From positions 1,871,761 through 1,935,760 of the forward strand of contig RDEW01000003.1 in NCBI GenBank assembly GCA_011109175.1: a stretch of DNA of 64,000 bases. Reading direction: 5' to 3'. Within the stretch, counting starts at the first letter, position 1. Every line of letters starts with the position of its first letter. Positions 37,339 to 48,300 of the stretch are shown here, piece by piece. Under the pieces are notes generated by a model. The model did no database searches, was not told the origin of the DNA, and was given only the letters and a program-made list of their open reading frames with translations. The position numbers and the translations under genes were made by a program. The stretch is from Dicyema japonicum. Its lineage: Eukaryota > Animalia > Dicyemida.

Positions 37339-37344
37339 TATTGT

Positions 37345-37500
37345 TGAACAGGGAAAGCACAGTGTATGCAACATTATAGACAGTCAGGTCAAAAAGGAGT
37401 GCTTCAAGCGGGTCCCCATGTTGGAAACCGATCTGAGAACACATAATATTATTTTCGAAGACATCTCTACTGTCCGAACCATTCACTAGGGTTGGCAATA
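37345..37500 (-). mobile_element. CRE-like RT core fragment
   Basis: SQIGFQHGDPLEALLFDLTV..LSLFN (G.QQGDPL.P.LF motif). Confidence 0.65.
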
Positions 37501-38339
37501 TCCATATCTCTTAAACCCTGCCGTTTGTGTATTGTGTCTAAAAGATCATCATTCTGTGCGAAAGGGGATGAAAAATTTATAAATGTGATAAAGCTGAGCA
37601 TTAGTGCAAATAAGGGATATCATCTGCTCTTTCATCTTTGACCAACCACCCTATCGACAAATTGACTTCAAAAGAAATGGTATTACAATTCCTATTGTAG
37701 ATGGAATTTCTTCAACCGACTCCTCTCCACATATACTGTTTATACAGACTGATGCATATTACATGAGTCCAAGATTAGACTTTCTTGTAAGAAATTCACG
37801 AACTCACGAAGGTGTCTTGATCCAGCTTTTAATTATTCAATAACATCATTGGAGATTAAGGCAAAGGATGTAGGTCCTTGTTAGAGGATAAGATATAATA
37901 TTCTTAATATCCTAATAAGCGACCACTTCGATAATAGACCACTCCACTCATCTGGGGTTTTATCAAAATCCTTTGGATCTTGACGCTTCTGTAGTTCTTC
38001 AGTAATCAACAGACGTTATAGGAGACTTATACGAGATAGATAGGTAAGAACCAGGAAAGTCATAACATCAGCTGATTATCGAGAACTTAATATCAATTGT
38101 GTCTAGTTTAACGGTGACCGACTGCAACAAATCCATCCAAGGGCACTCAGAAGAAAGTCATAACATCAGCTGATTATCTAGAACTTAAAATCAATTGTGT
38201 CTAGTTTAACGATGACCGACTGCAACAAATCCATCCAAGGGCACTCAGAAGTCCTCCGAGAACCCTTAAAGATTAAATAGAAAGACCAATTTTTAGAAGT
38301 AATGGGAACCTCCAAGAAACGATTTAGTGATTGATAAAA

Positions 38340-38800
38340 AGTGAATGCTCCATATAGGTTCCTTTCGAGAAAGGAACAAATTATAGTAAGAGAAAGCCGT
38401 CGAACAGTAGACAACGGTGGAATCTGACGCATTTCAACACCGAGATCAACTCAGCTTTAATTTGTTTAGAAATCCCTCAAAGAAATGAACCAGTAGTGTA
38501 AGGGAAGGTTAAATGATACCTTCATGGCCATCAGGGTACTGGGGACGACCTGCGACAATTGTGGCACATAAACCTCGCAAATCAGCCTTAGAAACAAAGA
38601 GATATGAGGAGTTATCTTCAACCGAATAACCATTGGGGGTATCGAGCCCATGACCTTCCAGAGTATCGTCTTAAACAAATAAATACATCGTTAGAAAGAA
38701 ATATATTGGCAACCATCACAAATCGAGATAAAAATTTTAAATTTGAAATATATATAAAATAATACTAGTCACCCTCTGCGTTCATGCCTCCTATTGTCCC
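38340..38800. repeat. About 460-bp dispersed duplication, second copy at about 49070-49530
   Basis: Near-identical runs such as gagaaaggaacaaattatagtaagagaaa and ggtggaatctgacgcatttcaacaccgagatcaactcagc at both loci. Confidence 0.9.
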
Positions 38801-38808
38801 TCCGATTT

Positions 38809-38853
38809 GAAGATTTTCTACAAACAGTTTGATACTTCCCAGAAGTGTAGGAG
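38809..38853 (+). pseudogene. RTCB: About 45-bp third RtcB relic
   Basis: gaagattttctacaaacagtttgatacttcccagaagtgtaggag matches about 44557-44601 and 47207-47250. Confidence 0.7.
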
Positions 38854-39578
38854 CCTCTCTTTTAATTTCTCCTTGTTCATTTCTTTGAGGGATCTCTTTT
38901 GTTTCACAAACAAGTAAAAAATCAAGTAAATTTTCAATGTCTTAGATATGCTTTGGATTAATTAACATTACTGGTTTTACTTTAAAATAAAGTGTGACTT
39001 CTGCCTAAGGTGAGGTTTAAGTTATGGTAACAATACATACTTTTTCCGAAAGGGCTGTTAAATTTATAAAATTGTATAATTTCAATAAATGAGTTTATGA
39101 CAACATTCAATTTTAGATGATGAATATTCTCCTAGTATTAATATTTTTTGAATAAAAACGTTTTAATACAAAAAACAAACAGTTAACAACTAATAGCCAG
39201 TCTCATAATTGAGATCCCATTTCCCCTGACGATTTAAAGGAAATACGTTTTCAATTAAAAGACACATTAACTCAATTGACAACAAGAATTTATTCGATTG
39301 TGTAATAAAATAGTTTTTTGATATTTTACGAAAATCCCTGATTAAGTTTTCCTTCGATCATTAAAGATTCCGACAAAACAGAAGGACTTATGGTGGATTA
39401 CGATAAAGTACCATGAAATTCTTAAAGACAGTTAACATTGCAGTATTAATGAATTCATGAAAATAAATATAATTATAAATTTAAAATAAATATCATTTGT
39501 TTGAAATTATTAAAAATAAATTCATTAATATAAAAAGTGACCTAAATTATACACATCGACGTGTTCATTTTACATATT

Positions 39579-40178
39579 ATGTTGTTGTTAATATTTTTGT
39601 CCTCAATCAGGAATTTTAAATTTGAAAATCGAATGTCAGTATATGCAAAAAGTTTATTGAAAAGTACACATACAAATGTATTTTACAATATTAATCGTAG
39701 ACAAACAATTATTCAATTGAAACTATTTCTGACTTCTCTTATGATGAAATGCAAATTACAATCAAAACAAAGAACTTGATCTACAAATTTTTTATTGAAT
39801 TCTCAGACAAATTTTACAACATCTCAATAAAAATAGAATTATATTCAAGTATTTAATAGTTAACACTCAAAGATAATAAAACCTACACAAATACAACAAA
39901 TCTTCCCAATATTAGACATGGAGATTATTACAGATGCGGATATATGTCAGTAAGTTTTGAGAATGGTTATACTCTCACATTATATTCTTTGGTGATAGAA
40001 TACTACACTAACCAATCATATCCATATTTTATTAGAAAAGGTTTGACATAATTTAATTCAGCACATGACTGTGATCCATCTAACGATCCAAATCTTCAAT
40101 ATTGGTATTTTATTGCGGAAAATCCTCTGAAAGGAATATTAAGTGGAAATTTTAGAATCACACTTTTTTATAATCACA
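39579..40178 (+). CDS. Host gene for a signal-peptide-bearing, N-glycosylated protein (possibly LAMP-like luminal domain); introns 39678-39700 (23 nt), 39849-39872 (24), 40041-40061 (21); runs into the gap
   Basis: Spliced frame open throughout: MLLLIFLSSIRNFKFENRMSVYAKSLLKSTHTN|TNNYSIETISDFSYDEMQITIKTKNLIYKFFIEFSDKFYNISIKIELYSN|NKTYTNTTNLPNIRHGDYYRCGYMSVSFENGYTLTLYSLVIEYYTNQSYPYFIRKA|HDCDPSNDPNLQYWYFIAENPLKGILSGNFRITLFYNH; five N-x-S/T sequons. The LAMP label is tentative. Confidence 0.75.
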
Positions 40179-40884
40179 NNNNNNNNNNNNNNNNNNNNNN
40201 NNNNNNNNNNNNNNNNNNNNNNNNNNNNNNNNNNNNNNNNNNNNNNNNNNNNNNNNNNNNNNNNNNNNNNNNNNNNNNNNNNNNNNNNNNNNNNNNNNNN
40301 NNNNNNNNNNNNNNNNNNNNNNNNNNNNNNNNNNNNNNNNNNNNNNNNNNNNNNNNNNNNNNNNNNNNNNNNNNNNNNNNNNNNNNNNNNNNNNNNNNNN
40401 NNNNNNNNNNNNNNNNNNNNNNNNNNNNNNNNNNNNNNNNNNNNNNNNNNNNNNNNNNNNNNNNNNNNNNNNNNNNNNNNNNNNNNNNNNNNNNNNNNNN
40501 NNNNNNNNNNNNNNNNNNNNNNNNNNNNNNNNNNNNNNNNNNNNNNNNNNNNNNNNNNNNNNNNNNNNNNNNNNNNNNNNNNNNNNNNNNNNNNNNNNNN
40601 NNNNNNNNNNNNNNNNNNNNNNNNNNNNNNNNNNNNNNNNNNNNNNNNNNNNNNNNNNNNNNNNNNNNNNNNNNNNNNNNNNNNNNNNNNNNNNNNNNNN
40701 NNNNNNNNNNTTCAGCTTTAGGGTTTCAGCCTTCTGCGAAGCAGAGCCTGGGATAGTTGTTGTCATAACAAGGTTGGAAAGAGAGAGGCTATCCACACAG
40801 GTGGTTTAGCGATGATTTGTCTTAACAATCAAGTAATATGATAGAAAAACAAATCCATCTATTTATTCACCGGGAGACATAAAT

Positions 40885-41770
40885 ATTATTAATACCTCCA
40901 GGATCACTGGGTCAAAGAAAAGAAATAAAAAGTTCTCAACTAACTAAGTGATCCCAGAAGACAATTCCAGTGTGGTCGAGAATCCTGAACAGCCCTTTTC
41001 ATTAGATATGTCATCGGCTCAAAATTTTTGTATGATTGTAAATATTTCGATTGTGTATGGAATAGAAGGTAGTTCGGTAAACTAGCCTCCTTTAAAAATT
41101 CCTGTTGTAATTCGATTTAGAGAATTTCAATGGGCTGGATTTTGTGTTCTTGTCCAATTATCTATATTGCGGTCTCCTCGAATGCAGATAGTTTTAATGA
41201 GGAGAATCGTGAAATCTGCCTTGCCCACAGAGGACTTGCATACGTCATCATGGGTCGGATAAGTTGTTCATAAATCGTTGCAAGGCCCCAGTTTGGTCTC
41301 TAAGTGTTTTTGAGAGCACTTTTAAAATTCTCATTTTCCTCAGAGCAGAAGCTACTATGTTCTCAACATGTCGGATAAAGGTGAGTCCCTGATCAAAGGT
41401 GAATTCAAGAATTTTCGGTGTTTTGTTAATAGGAATTGCCTCGTTCTTTATAAAAATTTTTGGTTTGACACAGAGCTGTCTTTTTTAACTGGTAAACAGC
41501 GTGACAGAAGGATTTGTTTCTGATGCGTCGATTTGCATCTTCGAGAGAATTAGTTCCAACTTTTCAAGAATTTGTTGAGCGTACTGAGTCGCTGATTGAA
41601 TGCTTCTGTCTTTGGAGGCAATTATAATATCATCGGCATCGGGGAAGATTAGTCTGTTTTCATTACAGGTTTGTGCCTTGTCGTTTATGTATAGATTGAA
41701 AAAGGCTGGGGATAGTGGGGATCCGTGACGGACTCCATTTAAAATTTACTCTTTTACTTTGTTAATCACT
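40885..41770 (-). mobile_element. I/Jockey-group LINE, 5'-truncated, RT core to GIT-stop tail
   Basis: LSPAFFNLYIND..DADD..PKFL.FTFDQGLTF..HV..IRPMMTYASPLW; tail CCAG-tgatc-CTGG; a small CRE fragment lies next to it at 40711-40800. Confidence 0.85.
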
Positions 41771-43481
41771 AAAATTTAGTTAATCGACTAATTTTTAAAA
41801 AAGTGGGTGGTGAATTAAACAAATCATTTCAAATAAAGATTGCACATATCTACATATCTATATTTCAATGTATCCGCAACTTATTGATAGAATAATAAAC
41901 TACTGATAATTTCATTTTATTTGATAATTTTTCTAATTTTTCTTTATTCAGTAAATAAAAAATTAAGTCAATAAATTATTTATTAATGACATAACAAAAT
42001 AAACAAATGGTCGGACTGCGGCTGCCCTGGCGAGTGAGATTCACTCAAATAACCAGAAGATTCGCTAAGACTTAAGTGAATACACACTATACAAAAATTT
42101 CACTTTAAGCAACAAAAACATGATTTATAGCATTGTAGAATCATCCAGTAGTCTTATTCATGCAATCCATCTCCCTAAGTTATTCCAGTGCTGGTTGGGA
42201 CAAAGAAAAATCATTCGCTCTCTCCCGCTCAACTGGAGAGGTTCTTTGATGTGTTCGTTTGAAATTAAAAAGTCTCTGATTTTCTGACCTTGGGGGTTGG
42301 ATACATTTGATTAGCTGTCCCAATTATTTGAATCCACTACGGCAGCACCTGGATCAAAAATATACACGACTTTGTGTCTACGCAGGCCATACGAGCCCTC
42401 GGAGAAAAAGAGATACTAGAGCGTAGACCTCCGAGAACAATTTTATCAATCGTCGACTCAAATGGCAGAAGCATATTCAATGTTGTATATGCAGTCTAAT
42501 GGTGTTATGGGCATTTCCTAGCAATTACCTTGAGGATATTCAACATCTAGTTCTTTCGTTAGGCGTTGGTCTGAGTAACTTATGAAGTTTATCAATTTGT
42601 TGCATGGTATCCTAGGATATTAGGATTCATAGAAATCGCTATGAGCACATACTGGGAGGGGTAGAGCAGAAGTGGCATGTTGGAATCATCAATCTGGGGG
42701 ACGTCGTAAAGAATTAAATTAAACAAAATTAGTGAATGTGGGAAGCTCTATAGGATGTTTTCCAGGAATACTCTTCCTTGCCCTCGTGGTTTTTTAACCA
42801 GAGTTTGGGATTATGCTGAATATTATTATCAAAAATTTTTGTTAGGTGTGTTATCGAGACAGAGTAAAAAACCTTTTGAACATTGATCAAAGTCACTGTC
42901 GTCCTGGATCATTAAAGCCGTACACAATATATTGAGAGAGTTGACATGACCGTTGTGGTTGATCTTCATATTTGAAAACATGTGGGAAGATGGTCCCGGC
43001 AATTCGAGAATAATCGTCATAAGAACTAACTTTTCTAACACTTTAGAAGGTTTGCGCGTTAGTGAAATGGGACGAAATTAGGATAGGTCATTCTTAGATA
43101 TTCAGAGTTTTAAAAATTGAGGTAATGACAGAATGTTTCCAGTTGTTAGAGGGGGTATGCACATTCGCGAATAGTTATGCATGTCCGTGAGTATTAATTT
43201 TGCCTCTAACTACAAATGCTGCAAATGACTTAAAGACACTCCATCATGGCAACAGGCACGGGAGTTTCGTAGCGAGCTAACTTAAACTTGTTCGGCAGTA
43301 AAAAATATCATCTTAGAGGTTGGTTTAGTTTTTAATGAACGATTGTTGATGCTGAAAGGTTATTGACATTTTTTATAAATGTTTGATACATATAAATTTA
43401 ATTAAAATTTAAAAGTTTAACTAACTATAATTTGGCTTTTAATAAATCAACATTTAAAAACGCTAAAATTCAGTCAGTGTC

Positions 43482-45097
43482 ATGGTTGTTCGAACATACA
43501 AGGTAAATTACAATTTTTGAAGATGAAAATGCATAATCATTATTAAAGGAATGCAGCCTCATATGAATATATAAACCATTGATCACTTCCACAGTCTAAT
43601 GACTATTACACGTCAGAAAATTTGTGTTGGGTAAATTACGTCGCTACTCTGATTATGAGGTAAGTGGTAAGCTTCTTCCTCCAATCAAAAAATTTGCCTC
43701 TCTGCCTGGCATAGTCGAGGTACAGCTCTAAAATAATTCTAGAGCTCCATTGGGCTGCCAGACGTTCATTTGGGATACATATTCGACATAGGAAACACGA
43801 CAGCTTTTGATTTGAAGGACTCCAATGTCGTGGTCTCCCCCTGTCGAGTTGGATTCGATATAAACTTTGGATTTCGCCTAATCAGGACCAATTTGAGCAA
43901 GGACGTCGGACCTCAAAGGAACAGCTCGCCAGGCACTTTTTGACCACATTCCTGTCGGATTTGGGTCACGTGGTGTCGTTCCAACGACAGCCAAGTTGTT
44001 AACCTTATAATTCAGGTATCTGGAGGAGTCCCCTTAGTGGGCATTGATTGGAGCATCAGACAAGATTTGATGCTCTATAGACACTCAAGGATAGTCATCG
44101 GCTGAGGATAAGGAGCATTGTGTGGAGTACAGTCGCATGCTAAGTCAGTTTCAAGGCCAAGGAAAGAGGTCTTCTTCAGCTAGCTAATTTGGATGTGCGA
44201 AATCACTATGCGGGGATACAAGTAGTGGATTAAATTTACGACAAATTTGCCTCCTTCAAGGTGGGGATCGACAGAGTAAGCCAAGTCTTTGTTATGATCC
44301 ACATTGGAAGTCAAGGACTGGATCACCAACTAGCTACTGGTTATTTCTTTGATTCAACCAAGATGCTCTGGTTCAAATAGATTAGTTTATGAGAATAGAC
44401 CAGATTGATGTGATTGACCCACAAATGATATGCAATGATCAGTTCAGTAGAAAGCAAGAATTATTTAAAGGCGATGGCTGCAGCGGCCAACTATTCCTTG
44501 ATGAACCGGTCCTCGATGACCTTTGTTATGCGGCAGGTTTTGTCCTCAGTCATTTGAAGATCTTCTACAAACAGTTTGATACTTCCCAGAAGTGTAGGAG
44601 ATGCACGTGGTATATGACGTCTCGCATAACATCGCTAAAATGGAGAAACATGTGTTTGATGGGAGACGGATGCAACTTCTGGTCTATCGGAAGGGCCAGA
44701 AGTGTAGGAGATGCACGTGGTATATGGCGTCTCGCATAACATCGCTAAAATGGAGAAACATGTGGTTGATGGGAGACGGATGCAACTTCTGGTCTATCGG
44801 AAGGGATCAGTCCGTCTTTTTTCGCCTTAGCATCCAATGATTCTATTGATTACCAAGTTTGCTAGAGTTAATATTTGAATGGCTAGCCCAAGACGATGAG
44901 CACGTGTAGTTATGTGCTGACTGAGACAGACGTGGGCTTTACTTAGACATTAGGAACCACGTATTACCGAGCTGGAAGGGCTCTTTCCTGAGCGAAGGCG
45001 AGATGATTAAGATGTGTCGGAAGTAATGAGACAGAAGGTAATATCTAACAAAGTGGCCTCCCCAAATTGATAATGGAAGAGGCTTCCCAGTCAATTA
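43482..45097 (+). pseudogene. RTCB: RtcB RNA ligase pseudogene, copy 1 (3' end in the gap), with micro-introns 43503-43522 (20 nt), 43720-43742 (23), 43995-44015 (21), 44340-44362 (23)
   Basis: MVVRTY..LPGIVE|[61 protein letters not shown]|[28 protein letters not shown]: animal-type RtcB motifs, with stops and deletions. Confidence 0.92.
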
Positions 45098-45991
45098 NNN
45101 NNNNNNNNNNNNNNNNNNNNNNNNNNNNNNNNNNNNNNNNNNNNNNNNNNNNNNNNNNNNNNAAATAAAATCTTTATAATCATAACATTTATGAATAAAA
45201 AATTAATTTAACAGGATTAAATCACGATATAAATCGGATATAAAAAATTAAATGTCGGATAATCAAGAGACCTTTTCAAGATCGAAAAAATGTAACAGGC
45301 TGCTCATGAGTTACGCGCTACCCATGTGACATATTATTATCAAAATTTTTTGTTAGGTGTGTTATCGAGACAGAGTAAAAACCCTTTTAAACATTGATCA
45401 AAGTCACTGTCGTCCTGGATCATTAAAGCCGTCCACAATAAATTGAGAGAGTTAACATGAGCGTTGTGGTTGATCTTCATATTTGAAAACATGTTGGAAG
45501 ATGGTCCCGGCAATTCGAGAATAATCGTCATAAGAACTAATTTTTCTAACACTTTAGAAGGAATGCGCGTCAGTGAAATGGAACGATATTAGGATGGGTC
45601 ATTTGTACATATTCAGAGTTTAAAAAATTGAGGTAATGACAGAATGTTTCCAGATGTTAGAGGGGGTATGCACATTCGCGAATAGTTATGCATGTCCGTG
45701 AGTATTAATCTTGCCTCTAGCTACAAATACTGCAAATGACTTAAAGACACTCCATCATGGCCACAGACTCGGGAGTTTCGTAGCGAGCTAACTTAATCTT
45801 GTTCGGCAGTAAAAATATCATCTTAGAAGTTGGTTTAGTTCTTAATGAACGATTGTTGATGCTGAAAGGTTATGGACATTTTTTATAAATGATTGATACA
45901 TAAAATTTAATTAAAATTTAAAAGTTTAACTATCTATAATTTGGCTTTTAATAAATTCAGCATTTAAAAACGATAAAATTCAGTCAGTTTC

Positions 45992-47718
45992 ATGGTTGTT
46001 CGAACATACAAGGTAAATTACAATTTTTGAAGATGAAAATGCATACTCATTATTAAAGGAATGCAGCCTCATTTGAATATATAAACCATTGATCACTTCC
46101 ACAGTCTAATGACTATTACACGTCAGAAAATTTGTGCTGGGTAAGCTACTCTGATTATGAGGGAAGAGGTGGGTTTCTTCCTCCAATCAAACAATTTGCC
46201 TCTCTGCCTGGCATAGTCGAGGTACAGTTCTAAAATAATTCCAGAACTCCATTGGGATGCCAGACGTTCATTCGGGATACAGATTCGACATAGGAAACAC
46301 GACAGCTTTTGATATGACGGACTCCAATGTCGTGGTCTCCCCCGGTGGAGTTGGATTTGATATAAACTGTGGAATTCGGCTAATCAGGACCAATTTGAGC
46401 AAGGACGTCGAACCTCAAAGGAACAGCTCGCTAGGCACTTTTTGACCACATCCCTGTCGAATTTGGGTCACGTGATGTCGTTCCAATGACAGCCAAGTTG
46501 TTAACCTTATAATTCAGGTATCTGGAGGAGTCCCCCTTGGTGGGCATTGATTGGAGCATCAGACAAGATTTGATGCTCTATAGACACTCAAGGATAGTCA
46601 TCGGCTGAGGATAAGGAGCATTGTTTGGATTACAGTCGCATTCTAATTCAGTTTCAAGGCCAAGGAAAGAGGTCTTCCTCAGCTAGCTACTTTGGGTGTA
46701 CGCAATCACTATGCCCGGATCCAGGTAGTAAATTATATTTACGACAAGTTTGCCTCCTCCCAAATGGGGATCGACAGAGTAAGCCAAGTCAGTGTGATGA
46801 TCTACATTGGAAGTCAAGGACTGGATCACCAACTAGCTACTGGTTAGTTCTTTGATTCAACCAAGATGCTCTGGTTCAAATAGATAAGTTTATGATAATA
46901 GACCAGATTGATGTGATTGACCCACAAATGCATATGCAATGATCAGGATCCACATTGGAAGTCAAGGACTGGATTACCAACTAGCTATTGGTTAGTTCTT
47001 TGATTCAACCAAGATGCTCTGGTTCACATAGATAAGTTTATGAGAATAGACCAGATTGATGTGATTGACCCACAAATGCATATGCAATGATCAGTTCAGT
47101 AGAAGGAAGAATTATTTAAAGGCGATGGCTGCAGCGGCCAACTATTCCTTGGTGAACCGGTCCTTGATGACCTTTGTTATGCGGCAGGTTTTGTCCTCAG
47201 TCATTTGAAGATCTTCTACAAACAGTTTGATACTTCCCAGAAGTGTAGGAGATGCACGTGGTATATGGCGTCTCGCATAACATCGCTAAAATGGAGGAAC
47301 ATGTGTTTGATGGGAGACGGATGCAGCTTCTGGTCTATCGGAAGGGATCAGTTCGTCCCTTTCCGCCTTAGCATCCCATGATTCTGTTGATTACCAAGTT
47401 TGCTAGAGTTTATATTTGAATATCCAGCCCAAGACGATGAGCACGTATAGTTATGTGCTGACTGAGACAGACGTGGGCTTTACTGAGACATTAGGAACCA
47501 CGTATCACCGAGCTGGAAGGGCTCTTTCCTGAGCGAAGGCGAGATGATGAAGATGTGTTGGAAGTAATGAGACAGAAGGTAATATCTAACAAACTGGCCT
47601 ACCCCAAGTTGATAATGGAAGAGGCTTCCCAGTCAATTAAAGACGTCTCCGAAGTAGTGGACACATGTATATTTGTAAAAAGTGCATCGAATTTCGTCCA
47701 ATTGAAGTTATTAAAGGA
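45992..47718 (+). pseudogene. RTCB: RtcB RNA ligase pseudogene, copy 2 (reaches the C-terminus)
   Basis: [33 protein letters not shown] and terminal PKLIMEEA..KDVSEVVDTC..KKCIEFRPIEVIKG; same introns and shared lesions as copy 1. Confidence 0.93.
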
Positions 47719-47799
47719 TTGTTGTTATTGTTTGATTTTAATGTATTTAATTTATTCAATTGACTGAATCGCTTTTTTATTGAATGTGTATTATTTTTA

Positions 47800-48300
47800 T
47801 ATGGACAGTCTTTCCAACTAAAGAAAATGAGTATGTGCCACGATATCCAGCGGGGCAGTAAGATACATAAACCATGAATGATAAGTGATAGAGTATTAAT
47901 TGGATATGAATGAAGAGTTGGGTTTATTATTCTTTATCAGAATTGATCCATCTGACTTGTTATTATAGTTAATTACTATAACCACCCAGGATGATGGCTG
48001 CCTCCAAATGCCTACTACGATTACTATACGCTCTCATAAGTCTTTCAGAGTGAGTGGGATGGATAAGATATCTATGTCTCGGTGAGTGGTCCAAGAATAT
48101 GTATTTGAAACACTTTGAAATTTCAAGATTGAATCTGAGAGAGGGAACATGTATCCATAACGAGTGAATAAATGAGCAATTTGAAAGACATCAGATTCTC
48201 CAACGTTCCGAGTTTGAATCCGTTACTCTCAAAACACTGATAAACTTGAACATGGACGATACAACATGAATGTAGGTGGTTTTGCTGCAAAATACCTAAC
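47800..48300 (+). pseudogene. Possible GH31 alpha-glucosidase C-terminal relic
   Basis: Weak pattern only: WLPPNAYYDYYT, REGTCIH, NLNMDD versus GH31 VYLP.G.WYD, RGG.IIP, LY.DDG; many stops. Confidence 0.25.

Larger units (their letters stand above)
4463..45162. other. Five assembly N gaps (about 4463-4765, 23145-24040, 28107-28874, 40179-40710, 45098-45162)
   Basis: Runs of n; long ORFs in the track that span them are artefacts. Confidence 0.98.
42821..47720. repeat. Tandem segmental duplication, unit about 2510 bp (about 42821-45097 and 45332-47720): RT fragment (-) plus RtcB pseudogene (+)
   Basis: Colinear similarity with scattered substitutions; ATGs at 43482 and 45992; RT piece WKHSVI..VLEKLVL upstream in both units. 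Confidence 0.92.

Noticed and set aside
43482-47718. RtcB plus RT as a prokaryote-style retron or RNA-repair defence system
   Set aside because: The RT is a broken LINE fragment on the opposite strand, RtcB is an intron-bearing pseudogene, and no msr/msd-like RNA is evident; the adjacency is incidental
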